From NCBI RefSeq assembly GCF_006345805.1, contig NC_043004.1, forward strand, positions 74,152,001 to 74,216,000: a DNA stretch of 64,000 nucleotides. Reading direction: 5' to 3'. The translations under genes and the position numbers were made by a program. A model generated the notes under the pieces. That model saw only the letters and a program-made list of their open reading frames with translations, was not told the origin of the DNA and did no database searches. Source of the stretch: Octopus sinensis. Its lineage: Eukaryota. This document shows positions 49,458-62,717 of this stretch, one piece after another (the first letter of the stretch is position 1; every line of letters starts with the position of its first letter).

Positions 49458-50120
49458 TACATGTATATATGTGTATATGTATGTGTACATATTACATGTA
49501 CATCTATATATATATACATCTACACATAAAATACAAAATACAAAGTTATATCTTGATATCGCTAGTGATAACAATACTCAAAATATATAACAGACTGGAA
49601 TTGTTAGCCCGTCTCTTGTAATTTCAATCAATTGTATCTTGCCCTCCCTCTTGTATAGAAGTGTGGCTACAAACCAGCCTACATCTACTTCTGGGGGGGG
49701 GGGGCGCATTAAAATTTTTTTCCGGGACGACCTACGTCCAATATATAAAGGTAAAAATAAAATATTTCCACTTTGCAAGTTCGAGTCGAGTACTCCGTTG
49801 CACACTCCCTTGACTCGACCCTTGCTTCTGTTGTGGCGAATTTACCGCCTCTGATTAGATATCTTTCATAGTCGCACCAAGACACTTTTCGAAGGTGCTT
49901 TCCTCCATGTGTTCAAATCTTCTTTTTTCTCTACATTGTATACTTTATAGACAATAGTCTTTTCTTTAATTTAATTTTTTATTATCCATCTGGACTATTT
50001 CATTTCTGCACACTAATTTTATTTTTAATTTATTCCCATTCATGTTAAACCACTTATTCAAATTCAAGTCATTGATGCAATTTTATACCAATTGCTATTT
50101 TTACTTTTGTTATGTTACGA

Positions 50121-50602
50121 TTATATTATACTTTAGTTTGATTTTAATTATTACTTACTACATATAATTCAATTGTTATTATTATTTTTATTGTTAAAGT
50201 GAAAGTATCTGACATAAAATATAGAAATGTTTTGTTTCACTTTTAACAAGTAATACTGAAATAGTGGAGAAGGTATGATATTGCTATGGACTCGCTCTAG
50301 GCAAGAAGTTGAACATTTTTATTGCCCATGAAACTACATGGACCCTAAGTAAGGCATGTGTAAAATTTGAATGAAATTGGTTGTGTAGTTCTCAAGTTTT
50401 AGGGAATCGTAGTGGAGAAGATATGATATTGCTGTGGGCTCGCTCTAGGCAAAAAGTTAAACATTTTTTGCCGGTGACACTCCCCGGACCCTAAGTAAGG
50501 CATGTGTAAAATTTGAATGAAATCAGTTGTGCAGTTCTCAAGCTTTAGGGAAACACACAGATAGACAGACAGACAGACACACATTCTCAGTTTTATATAT
50601 AT
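50121..50602 (-). repeat. About 480-bp repeat copy B
   Basis: Same organisation as 48935-49416, subrepeat period 148. Confidence 0.5.
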
Positions 50603-51579
50603 AAAGATAGATATATATACAGGAGGGATTCACAAAAAAACAAAAGACAAAGACAGGTGGTGTAGACAACAAACAGATGTATTAGTATAACGCTTGGGAA
50701 GTGAAAAAGTCTTTAACGTTTCGAGCCTACGCACTTCCATAGAAAGGAACACAGAAAGAAACAAGGAGATAAAAGAAAGCATGTGTAGTGGCTTGCGATC
50801 AATCATGCCGAATGCCGGACAGAAGGGTCACACAGGAGAGCGAGAGAGAAGGGGAGATGATAAAGTAGAGGTGATCTCAAAACGAAGGTGCGCGTGCGTC
50901 GGTATAAGAGTTTGTATGTGCATGTTGAAGAAGGCTGGTGATCTTGATGTGTGCGTATGTGTATGTGTAGGTGCGAAAATGTGGGACTGGGAAGTGGTCA
51001 GTGCTGATGTGTGCGTGGTGGTGTGTTGTGTTTTGATGTGTGGTGTATATACACACACACACACATCTTTATACGTATCACATCATTATACAAATCACGT
51101 CCTTAGGTGATATCTTCGCAAGAATACCATAATTCATGAGTCTATAAAAATCTATTTACATCAAGCATGATACATAAATATTTATTTTACTTACAATGGG
51201 ATTAGTTGTATATACCACTATATATATATATATATATGCATGTGTGGATGTATTCATATATAAATCTTTGATAGTTATATATGTGTGTGGATATATGTAT
51301 GTATGCATGCATGTATGCATGCCATTATTCAGCTTATTTCAAGATTTCTTGCCAATATTGAAAGAACCGGTTTCTAACCTAGATCTAAGGTTCCTTTATT
51401 GAGATTTCAACATCAAGAACTGTATTTTCGTATGGATGCATGTATGCATGCGTTTGTGTATGTGTGTATGTATTTATTTATGTATGTATCTATGTATCTA
51501 TGTATGTACAGATTTATATGCTTTATGTATATATTCTCATTCATATAGTTACATATCTAGACATGCTAATATATAATGA

Positions 51580-54353
51580 TAAACTTCTGTTAAGTTTTAC
51601 AGATTTTTACAGCTCCAGTGATAGTCGGGATCTTAGCTTTTCCCTTTCTGGTTTTGAGAAGCCTAAATTCTCAAGATCGGTGTATAGGTACTGTGATACA
51701 TATCCAAGGGCCCCAATGATTACTGACTTAAACCTGAACTTGTGATCTGGATAGAGTAACTGCACGATTCTCAATAGTTCAGCATAGGTGTTCACTTTTC
51801 CACTGATCTTCAGCTTTATGTTAGCATCAGCTGGGCAGCTAATTTCTACAACTGTACGCAGATATCTTCTCTATCCCAAATAATTATATCAGGTCTGTTG
51901 TGCTTACATTTTATTGAGCTCTTCACTGGTGTATTCAACCTGTATTCCTTTTTATTATGAATGGCTATGGATTTTATCACATTGTGGGTTCTTATTTCTT
52001 TGTCCTCGGGATCATCCTTCCGACAGATTTCATTATAGAACGTCCTAGCTACAGCAGCATGATGACATTTTCGGACAACTGTTAATGATATGGGCGATAT
52101 CTTCCTTGTGAATTCCACAAAGCCTGCATCGATTGACACATTTTACAGCTTTTCCTGCATCTCTATCTCTTTTGTGCATCAGGTGCTTGGTTGATATTTC
52201 CTATTGCTGGATTTCAAACGCATACCCTTCAAAGTGGGAGATAGTAATCTTATGATATTATCAGCCTCATGTATGTAATCTTCGTCAAAGGATGCACTCG
52301 TCATTTCGTAGTTAAAATATGTTGCCGAAGGGATATGATGCGACATTTAAAAGGCATTTGGGATCGATGTTAAACTTCTGCTACCTTGTTTTCATTTTAG
52401 GTGGATGCGGTCTACGTCAGTTTATGAGTAAATTATGTATGCTTGTTAGTATTTTTCGGATTTTCACGTCAATGACTCGGATCTCATCAAGCGTCCAATC
52501 AAGTAGCCCAAATGTTGGTATGAGTAGTGGCACTGAAGGCACATTGTGGGCCACTGTTTTATTGAATGCAGTGAGATCTGAGGCCCAAAGTTTCTTTACT
52601 CGGCTGTAATATTCTTTAGTGACAGGTGTCACTGTAGGATATATTTTCATTCACCCCCTGATACTGTAACATTCGTCGTCAGATACGGGAGAAACAGTCA
52701 AATCCTTAATAGAGATGTTACCAGTCTAGTGTACAGTTTGCCCCCTTTTCACAACCATATAACATTTATTCTGACCAAACTCTAGCCCTACATATTTTGC
52801 GTATATTGTGACTAGGTCAAGGCTTTTTTTCATCTCATATATATTCTTTGCATAAAGTTTCAAGTCATCCACAAAGAAACAGTGTGTAATTTTGGTATTT
52901 CTGTTTCCTTGTGATCCAATGAGATATCCTTCAGACTTTCTTAACATGAATGATAAAGGGTTTACAGAATTTATAAACAACATCATAGAGGATCTGTCTC
53001 CTTGGAATATGCCTTTGAGCTACTGTTTTCTAACGGTGATAATACAGTCACTCTGCGTGTAATTTCAAGGTGGTGGCAGAGAAACTTTAGCAAGTTAAAA
53101 AGCTTCTAGCATCCATGAGTGGGGAACAGAGTCAAAGGCTTTCTTATAGTCTAGCCACATTGAAACTAGGTTCCTCCTATGCTCTCGCACCTCTGACATC
53201 ACAATTTATTAACAATTGATTAACAATTGTGCGCCACATCCCAGACTCCCTTCTTCCCAGCTGCTTGTTCTGCTGTGATAATGCTATTGGTCTTATAATG
53301 GTCCTGGAAGAAGAGGTTTAAACATGCAGTATATATTTTATACATTAAGTTCTGGCATTCAATTGGCCGGTAGTTTTTTTTTTTTTTGCCATGTGGGTGG
53401 CTCTGCATTTGGGGATCAATTTTGTCTCTAACAAAGCTAACCAGTGTGGTATGCTACTGTTCCCCATGAAGGCTTGCTGGTACAAATTGATCAGATATGG
53501 TTGTAGAGTGTTAGCTGCTTGTACAAATATCCAAAAATCAAGTGTCTTCAAGGGAGCTTTTCCATCCTGGAGTTTCTGGATCAGAATTGTAAGTTTCACC
53601 ATGAATTTTCTATGTCTTGGATGTTACGCAGGAGCAATAACTTTTTCAGATTTCTTCCAGCCACAGAGTATCTTGGTTAAACTCCTCCGCTTCACTCCAG
53701 ATTTTCCTCCAGAAGGAGTATGTGCCTTCTCGTGAAGGAGCTTTCATGATGTTTACTGCTCCTCTTCAAATGTCTCTGTAAACTGCTGCCTGGTTACGGT
53801 TAAATGTTTTGTTTATTGTTGGTCTCTCGGTTATTCTCTTCTGATGTCGGATTTTTTCATTGACAGCTTTTAGCTCCTACTTGAGGGTAATCAGTTTTCA
53901 AGTGAGTATTCTCATTTTACTGTCCCCAAAAATCATTTCCATCACCTTCTTTACTTTCTGTTGTTGTTGGGACGTATAGTGATTTGCTTGTTTGCATACA
54001 ATAAGCATCATTACATGACTGATGGTCTTCCGTAAACCACTTATCTTTTTCTCCTTCAAAACCAATGATGGTACTTTCTATGTTTCCGTTTTGTTTACCT
54101 TTTGAATATCATTCATGTACTGCTTTACTGTAGTAAATAGAACATACAGACAGGCATTAATCTGCCAGTATGTAGGTTCATTACACTGTTGTAAATACTC
54201 ATCACCAATTTCGTTAACAGCTTTAAATACCGTATCTGATGCGGTGTTTTACTTACTTTGGTAGAGAATACTCTCTCCTCGAGAGAGTCCTTCAGAGCCG
54301 AAGTTATTTTTTCTCGGAAAATTTAAGGGCACGTTCACTGGCATATAATCTAG

Positions 54354-54412
<59 letters not shown>

Positions 54413-54900
54413 AACAATAATCATTGCGGTTGTGCCTCCTAATTACCATAGCCGTAGTAGGGGGACAGTGGCCAGTTACTTGAGCTGGTAATGTCGTTTG
54501 GTTGGCAGGCACTACAGAATCTGTTGGAATGTCGCTAGCTGCAAAACCGCGTTATGGTCTCATATCATTCACGTTTTTTCATAAAGTAACAGTTACTAAC
54601 CTTCTTCCTATGTTCTGCAATTGTCGTTTGTTGGCGTAGGTGCTTCGCGGTAAAATGATTTAATTCTGGATGCAGATCGTCCCAATATGATTTCAATCGA
54701 TTCATATAGCCAACAGCGGAGTTTTGTTTCGCTTTTTCGTTGCAGTTAAAACAGATCAGTATTCAATTCATAACTCCAAAAGAAATGAGTTTTGTAGTTA
54801 CGCTTTCTTCTATTACAACAGCTAAAAAGAATCTGTTTATCCGTTGAGCTTTTGTTTTCGTTCTGTTCCTCGATTGTGTTGTTGATGTTGATGTCCAGTC
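51580..54900 (-). mobile_element. R4/Dong-like non-LTR retrotransposon (RT + restriction-like endonuclease), decayed
   Basis: NYRPIECQNLMYKIYT, FFVDDLKLYA, KEYYSRVKKLWAS..FNK..FGLLDWT, CHHAAVA, HNRPDIIIWD, VIIGALG. Confidence 0.85.
54355..54411. repeat. (CTA)19 microsatellite inside the R4-like N-terminal frame (poly-Ser)
   Basis: Direct reading; 19 Ser in ORF 54249-54512. Confidence 0.95.
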
Positions 54901-55086
54901 ATGTTGTTTGTAGTAACTCTCTGCAAGTTCAAGTTTCAGTCGAAAATCACTACGATCGTAAATAAAAAGCTCCCTCAGTTAATTCATTTGAAGATTAACC
55001 AGTTATTTAACAAGGCTGATAGCTGTGGCTCCAACGTTGGAGATATTATTCATCGTATTTTCGATAAATAACTTCCCACGCCAAAA

Positions 55087-55190
55087 CGCGACTTGTCGTT
55101 TCGAATGCATGTATGTATGTATGTATGTATGTATGTATGTATGTATGTATGTATGTATGTATGTATGTATGTATGTATGTATGTATGTAC
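55087..55190. repeat. (ATGT)n microsatellite
   Basis: Direct reading. Confidence 0.97.
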
Positions 55191-56997
55191 GTGAGAGGAT
55201 CGTCTCCTGGATATGAAATTAAACTTCATCCAGTTTAAAGGTCCAGTTAGAAAGTTCTGAAACTGTGTGGGGCATGAAATCCACCCTTAATTACTATTTC
55301 TCCCCGATCCATTCTGACCTGGAACGTTAATACCTGTCAGGGTCACATCTAAGTGTTATATTTCACTGGGGTGGAAGAGGCTACCGTTATCATTGACAAA
55401 GCCGTGGAGAAGGAAGCATTTCTATGAGAAAGATTCTCTGACATAAAGCTTGCAGTCAAAATTGTGCCAGTCCTGTTGCAATGCTTGTCACTGGAACCTA
55501 CTATAGTGTCTGGGCGAATACAGGGAGATGTTGAAATGTTCCTGGTTTTCAGTAAAAGAAAATACAAGAAGATCAGTTAATTATGATTATATTCAAAATA
55601 TTCCCCTCACAACTTCACACACTGGTTGCAGCGGTCCTTCAGTAAAATAACTCAGAATGTTGGGGAGGGGGGGTCTAACCAGAAACTTTTCAGCACCTCC
55701 ACGTAGCAAGTGTATTGCACAAGCTTTTCTTACTAGAAACCAATCACCTACGGATTTCTCTCTATCATTTCCCTTCTTGATCGCTTCTGTATTTTATATA
55801 GTCTTATGGCGATGGATATCCACGCACTTGCAATGATGAAAGTAAATCAGAACAACCAGGCCGAGTGTGAGACGATTATCATCAACACGATGAAGCAACT
55901 TATGATACGATGTAGCTTCAAAGATTATAAGAATCACATACGATACTGAAGTCACGTTTGAGTTAACAATTCCAACAGAAACTTAGCTTATACTGAGATG
56001 TTTTGTGCCTTTCTGTATGAATTGTGGCCTAGCCTAAACATCTCTTCGTCTCTTTAAATGATCGTTTAGGCAATGTTTGTCAGACATTTTGTCATTTCAC
56101 TCTCGAATTTTCTGTTCCTGCCTTCTTTACATCTTACTAGTTCTGCTACCACGATTCTTTTACACTTATCCTTCACCCATTGATTTTCTAGTTTCCATCT
56201 CAATTGAAATACAACACACAGTGCGTATCAACACGCATACTGAGCACTTGTGAGTACATTCGAGATGATAAAGGAACACGTATAGGCACAGATACAAAAA
56301 GAGATGCTGAGTGAGAGAGAAGCAAATGTATTTTATAAGTAATTATTTTCATGTCTGCATAAACCTCATGTAGGGGCATGGCTTGGTGACTGGTAGGTTC
56401 ATCTGAACGTCATAAGATCGTTCTTTCGATCCCTTGACATTTGATGTGTTGAATCCTTCATTACATAATTTCATCTTACGCAGGTGAAATGAGTCCTAGT
56501 ACTGTTCACTCTCACTCCTCGTCTACCATTATGTCGCTGTTTCTCTGGAGCATGTGTGATTAACCCAGAAAATACCTATGACGATGGTGACGCCTAAATC
56601 TTAGAGTGAAACCATGATGCATGTTACCATCTCACACTCTCCTAAGCGTGACATATACTCTCCCTCGTTATTTATTCTATAAATAAATTACTTACGGAAT
56701 TTTATTACAATCAGTTTAACCATATTTTCAATCATATGTTAAATATGTTAATTATGTTTCTAATTATATGTTGAAGGACTATGCACAATTCTGATTTATA
56801 ATTTAGAACCGGAATTTCAAGCTGTACAAATTTTTCTGCAATTTAACAATAGAACATGAAAACCACCAAGTGCAATTGAGATATTTAAATTTAGCACGTT
56901 GCTTACAATACTTTGGAGTTTAAATTTGGAACAATACATTACTGGTTGTTAATGCTTGTGAATTTACAATGTCCTTGAAATGAACAAGTTTATGATA

Positions 56998-58287
56998 CGA
57001 GGGACGTTCAATAAGTAATGCCCCTGACCCACTTCCCATAGCAGTAGAGCAACGACACTTGGCACAGTTATTAGTCTTTTCCCACATAGGAACTACCCAG
57101 AGTTATGCATTTCTCCCATCGTTTGATACAGCTCTGAAGACCGTTTTTGTAGAAGACCCCAGCTTGGTCCTCCAACCACGACGTGACTTCAGAAATCAAG
57201 GCTGCATCATCTGTGAAACGCTTTCCTTTCAAAAACAACTTCATGGCTGGAAGAGATGAAAATCAGAGGGTGCAAGGTCAGGAAAGTAGGGGGGATGGGG
57301 GATGAGTTCATAGCCGCACGCCTGTGCTTCTGATCTGGCAACAAGCGAGTTGTGGATCGGTGCGTTGTCCTGCAAGAGGAGGATGCCTTTGCTGATCTTG
57401 CCCCGCCGCTTGATTTTGATAGCTTCTCTTAATTTCCTCAAAAATGAAGCACATAGACTCCTGTAATTGTGGCACCCTTTGCCAGGAAATCTGTCTTCAC
57501 TACTCCGTCCTGGTCCCAGAAGACTGTAAGCATGACCTTACCAGCGGAGGGCTGCACCCTTGCCTTCTTTGGAGGAGGTGAGTCACGGTGCTTCCACTGC
57601 ATTGACTGGGCTTTGGTCTCTGGATCATAGTGATGGACCCAGGTTTTATCCTATGCAATCAGTCTTTTGAAAAATGTTGACTCATCTTCTTGGCACATCT
57701 CCAAATTCATCCACGAGCAATCGACGCGTTCTTGCTTCTGGAAAGGTGTGAGCAGCCTGGGAATCCATCTGGCAGACACCTTTTGCATATGCAAATGGTC
57801 ATGAATGATAGTTTCCTCAGACCCGGTACTAATCTTGACCTCATGGGCTATTTGGCGAATAGTTATGCGTCGATCTTCCAAAATGGCAGCCTCAACTTGA
57901 CAGACAGATGCTTCATCAATGGCAGAAGGGGGCGACCAGATCTGGGAGCTGTTTCCACAGAGTTCCGACCATGTTTGAATTCACGATGCCAGCGTTTTAC
58001 AAGGTTATATGATGGGGCATCATCACCATAAGTTACTTTCATTTCATCAAAAGTCTCCCGTGGTGTGCGTCCTTTCAAATACAAAAACCGGATCACTGCT
58101 CGACACTCAACATGCGCCATTTCACACTTGACTCAGTTCAAACACCGGTAAATCGGAAACCACAATTAGTTCAGAGCTGTAATTTGCTACTTCATCTATA
58201 GAGATATAAATAATTGCACATGCAAAATTTCAGCTAGATCAAACAACTGTAAGGGGATCAGAAGCACTACTTATTGAACGCCCCTCG
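56998..58287 (-). mobile_element. mariner (DD34D) transposon, 1290 bp, TIRs and TA duplication present, ORF disrupted
   Basis: TA-CGAGGGACGTTCAATAAGTA...TACTTATTGAACGCCCCTCG-TA; RAVIRFL, PRSGRP, ARWIPRLL, QDNAPIH, HPPYFPDLAPSDFHLF. Confidence 0.95.
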
Positions 58288-59167
58288 TACGGTTTCAAAT
58301 GAAGGTACATTGTGCTTCGATAGATATCAACGGTTTTAATTTTTCAATAATATCTCATGAATTAATTCAAAGATTCGATAACGAAACATTAAATAAAATA
58401 CAGAATATTGGAAAATATTTGTTTCATTTTCTAGTTTCAGCTCAGAGCTGCGCCTATGCTGATGCGCCGCCGTGTTGTGCTACACTGTTATTACTAAGAG
58501 CGTCCACTAATATGTGGCACTTGGTGAAGAATGGAGTTTGATATAGCTACCCTCATTTGCACCTCTTGCCGTGAGGTAGGTTCATCTGGGACTCTCGACA
58601 GGAAGAGGTCCAATTTTGATTTAAAAACACCTACATCTACTTTGCGCAATTTCCTCAAACTCTTTTTAAATAATTTAAATCAAATAATTTTAATCAAATA
58701 GTGTATTGAATGGAATTACTAACAACACAAAGAGATCTGAAATAGACAGTATAATAAATGACAGGGCTAAGTTGTATAGTCGACGATAATTATCCATATA
58801 TAAAGTCAGAGTATGAAAATGTATGGATTCCACGAATGGTTTATATGGTGAGCTTAGCTTACATGTATCAGTTAAGCCAGCTTATATAATTTATAGATAT
58901 ATAATTATGTTTTTGCTGGGGTCTAACCAGATATCTCGTACTTGTAGCCAGTTGTGAATAGAACATTAGCAATTGCCTTCCTTAGTAAACCTGTTTCCTC
59001 AGTTTTTGTTTTTTTGGCATTTCTAAGATAGCGTATGTTCCACTGCATCAAAATTCTTTTCCTGCTAAGTCTTATTCAATATGTCACTATCCCAAGTATT
59101 TCTTCATGAATACATATTTTAGCATTTTTACCTGTTTCATGTTTAATCATCTTTCTGTACAATAGAG

Positions 59168-59395
59168 TAAGGGCACGTTCACTGGCATATAATCTTGACT
59201 ACCACTACTACTACTATTACTACAATAATCATTGCGGTTGTGCCTTCTAATTACCATAGTCGTAGTTGGGAGACAGTGGCCAGTTACTTGAGCTGGTAAT
59301 GTTGTTTGGCTGGCAGGCACTACAGAATCTGTTGGAATGTCGTTAGCTGCAAAACCGCGTTGTGGTCTCATATCATTCACGTTTTTCATAAAGTT
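59168..59395 (-). mobile_element. Second copy of the R4-like N-terminal segment
   Basis: Matches about 54325-54585 (QVTGHC.PTT..VIRRHNRNDYC) with a much shorter CTA run. Confidence 0.8.
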
Positions 59396-59529
59396 TTTCA
59401 TAAGTGTGAGTGAATCTTTAGCACATTGGCATTTTTTCCTGCCGTCTATGCTATGATTTCAAATCCTGACAATGACCAACATTTCGCTTCGTCCTTTATG
59501 ATAAACCACTCCCTTCAATTTGCCAATAT

Positions 59530-59760
59530 ACTTTACGCATCCCTTGAATCAACATGTGCTCGTCTTTCGTACTTTCTCTCTCGCCCTTCTTTATACTGAG
59601 ATAGTCTTGTTCACCCTGCAATCTAGTTCCTGCTTCAGCCTTTGATCACTACTGATTATGCCTACCAAGTACGTTAAATGATCTCCTTCTACCAGTTATG
59701 ATGACGATAGGTTGAGTTTGTCCTGCTTGGATTCATCGAGTTAGGACTCGAAAGAAATTA
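59530..59760 (-). mobile_element. RTE-clade RT fragment
   Basis: Similar to 11375-11600. Confidence 0.55.
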
Positions 59761-60307
59761 AAAATTTTCTAAATATTAATATTTAAATCTAATTTTCCGA
59801 CAACAACGACAAAAACATCCATCTTGTTTTATATGTCCACCGCACAATAAGAATTAGAAATGCCATTATCGACGAAAAACATTCATCCCACGAATACACG
59901 TGTAATCTTGGTCATAGTTTGGGCTGTGGCACTATAATTTGCTTAATATCATGTCTTGTTTGTTTGTGTATACCTTTAGTTGAGCTGCAGAATGCTTCTG
60001 TAAGTATCGCTGATATATTGAGCAAGAGTAATTTTGATACTAATACTCACACCTGCTCAAATTACGCAGCAATATACGTATTCAGAACCCTAGTTCTAAC
60101 GTGTGTTATTAGAAAGAACTTTACCGAATACCAAAATTTCTAAGTAACAACACAGTTCTTATCATTATTTCGTATTCAGTATTTTCCTTGTGATTTTATC
60201 CTCTTTCTTCCGTACATTTCAGTCAATGATGTCAGCGCAAATCAGGTAGTATCACACTCTTTACACTTAGCTTTCTTTTGTATTAGAATTAACAATTTGA
60301 TGACAAT

Positions 60308-60425
60308 TCGTGGAGCTTTTAGGTGTTTTCGCTCAATAAACACACACAACGCTCGGTCTGGGAATCGAAACCGCGATCCTGCGACCGCGACTCCGCTGCC
60401 CTAACCACTAGGCCATTGCGCCTCC
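60308..60425 (-). mobile_element. tRNA(Arg)-like SINE head only
   Basis: GGAGGCGCAATGGCCTAGTGGTTAGGGCAGCGG..GGTTTCGATTCCC. Confidence 0.85.
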
Positions 60426-60450
60426 ATATATGTATATATATATATATATA

Positions 60451-60975
60451 TATACCAATTAAGGACTGAACGCGAAAAGTGGACAGTCAACATGCTAGAT
60501 ATAGACGTCAAATCGCCATTCTCCACAAAAAGTTTATGTTCTCAGATCAAACTCAACACAAAACCAAAGCAATAAACAAGTGAAAATATACGAAATAAAT
60601 ATTTACCCATGTACTAATTTAGTTTCGGCTGTTATTTTCCGCAAGGAAAAGTGCAGCCATCATCAGCATGGTCCCATATAAAATGCAATTTGCTGGACTA
60701 GATGCCAACACGATACCGAAATATCGCGTGCATGGAGTACGGCCTATTACATTTGAAATGTATATTTCAAATGTCTTTACTTTTGGCGCGATGAGACACG
60801 AGAAACTAGCCTGCAGCTAATAGTTAGCAGCAGTTAATTTATCGGTTAGAGAACAAATATTTATATAAAATTAAATTTAGGGTAGAAATTGATATTTATC
60901 AATTAGAACCAGTGGTCTAGCATATTAAAGAAAGAATCCGAAGATTAAAATATTTATATATACCAATTAAGGACT
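60451..60975 (-). mobile_element. Non-coding hammerhead-bearing unit (508-bp period) bounded by 17-bp direct repeats
   Basis: TATACCAATTAAGGACT at 60451-60467 and 60959-60975; (TA)n on both sides; no ORF in the track. Confidence 0.6.
60607..60671 (-). ncRNA. Complete type I hammerhead ribozyme with an extra U after A9
   Basis: CCATG-CTGATGA-T-GGCTG-cac-TTTTCC-ttgc-GGAAAA-taa-CAGCC-GAAA-CTA-aat-TAG-TA-CATGG; all three stems pair. Confidence 0.88.
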
Positions 60976-60978
60976 ATA

Positions 60979-61015
<37 letters not shown>

Positions 61016-62492
61016 AACTTAGATAAACTTAGATATGTTTCGACCAAAGATTGGTCCAGGCCATGTCTAACTTAATAGCACCACCTGCTAGGATTATTCG
61101 AATCCTGTTTAAGTCAAGTTTTGTTTAAGTCAAGTTTTGTTTAAGTCAAGTTTTGTTTAAGTCAAGTTTTGTTCAAGTAGTGAGTTCTTGTTGGGTGAGT
61201 TGTATCCAATTATGGGTGGCTTATCTGGTATTCTTTGAAGGAATCTATCCAGACTCTGTTTAAAGTTGATGGGATCCTTTTCCTCTTTGATCTCTCTCGG
61301 GACAATGTTAAATAGGGCAGGGCCTGTTGAGGAAAAGAAATTATGTTGTAGTGTACATGTATGTTGTGATCTTGAATTGGGCAGGGGACGTATAGCCCGT
61401 GGTCCAAGTCTTGGATGGACCTTGAAGCTAATGTTTAGGTCGTTTGGGCAAAGTTGGCGGTATATTTTCCACATCGTACAAATGATGTACCGCTCACGGC
61501 GACGCTGTAGGGAGTAACGTTTCAAGGCTTTAAGGCGATCCCAATAATCGAGAGCAGCCATGCCTTCAATTCGTTTAGTGAGTGCCCTCTGGGGTGACTC
61601 AATTCTGGAGATGTTTTGTCTTGTGTGAGGAGACCACAGTGGGCAGCAGTATTCAAGGTGTAGCCGTACAAAGGAGGAAAAATGTGGTATGATGACACCT
61701 TGTTCTCTGGACCGGAAAGTTCTTAAGATCCAGGAACACATCCTACGAGCTATATCGACCTTCTTGTTGATGTGTGCACTCCAACTGAGATCGTCATCAA
61801 CAATTACACCCAGGTCTCTGATATTGTTAGAGGCTGTGAGCGGTTCCCCTGAAGGAAGAGAGTATGGCTGTTTTAGTGAGGAGTTTCTTCCAAAATGCAT
61901 CAGCTCAAATTTTCCCTCGTTCAGTTGCATTTTGTTTCTGTCTGCCCATTGACTCACAGCATATAGATCAGACTGGAGTTGAGTTCGGTCTGCTTCTTCA
62001 TTGACGATTTGCTGGAGCTTGGTGTCATCAGCGAATATTTTCACTTTGCAGTAATGTACGACACTGGAAAGGTCGTTTATGTAGATTATGAAGAGTAGCG
62101 AACCCAAGACAGTCCTCTGGGGGACACCGCTGGTGACTTTTGCTGGGCTTGAGTGGACTCCATCAACTACAACATGTTGTGTTCTATTCGCCAGGAAATA
62201 CTTGATCCAGTGTAGAACTTTTCCACGGATTCCAACATTTGCCAATTTTGAGAGTAGGATATGATGGTCTACCCTGTCGAACGCTTTACTGAAGTCAAGA
62301 TATATGACATCAGAGTTCGAACCTGTTCCCAAGGCTTTGAGTACATCTTCAATGTGGTGTAAGAGCTGTGTTAGACAGTCCCTGCCACAGCGAAAGCCAT
62401 GCTGATTTGCATTTAGGAGTTTCTGGGTCTCCAGGAAGTCAGCCATCCTTGATCTTAACACTCTTTCAAACACTTTGATGATGTGGGAGGTG
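61016..62492 (-). mobile_element. 5'-truncated CR1/L2-group LINE related to 28735-33065
   Basis: 438-aa open RT frame 61157-62473; 3' end shares 32 identical nt with 32989-33020; (ATCTAAGTTT)2 tail. Confidence 0.92.
61107..61170. repeat. 16-bp tandem repeat (GTTTAAGTCAAGTTTT) x4 at the ORF2 stop
   Basis: Direct reading. Confidence 0.95.
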
Positions 62493-62556
<64 letters not shown>

Positions 62557-62646
62557 GCTCGTTTCAAGCGGTTGCAATTAATTTAACAATGCAATCATTA
62601 CATGTGTATGTGTGTGTGTATTTATTTATTTTATATATGTATATAT

Positions 62647-62650
62647 AGAG

Positions 62651-62716
<66 letters not shown>
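62647..62716. repeat. (GATA)n microsatellite
   Basis: Direct reading. Confidence 0.95.

Positions 62717-62717
<1 letters not shown>

Noticed and set aside
50709-50745. Minus-strand GTGC-GTAG-GCTC-GAAACGTTA hammerhead-like remnant
   Set aside because: 5' core is CTATGGA and stem II is mismatched; vestigial at most.
3367-55216. Many short ORFs rich in HT/YI/CV/MYVC repeats
   Set aside because: Translations of (CA)n, (TA)n and (ATGT)n microsatellites.
55334-55541. Minus-strand 208-nt segment with good acceptor and donor (CAG|GAAC...CAG|GTATTA)
   Set aside because: Stops in all three frames and no recognisable protein family; at best a non-coding or pseudo-exon.
61107-61170. Short regular repeats here and at 16054-16114 as possible CRISPR-like arrays
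   Set aside because: Head-to-tail with no spacers, in eukaryotic TE context; slippage duplications.
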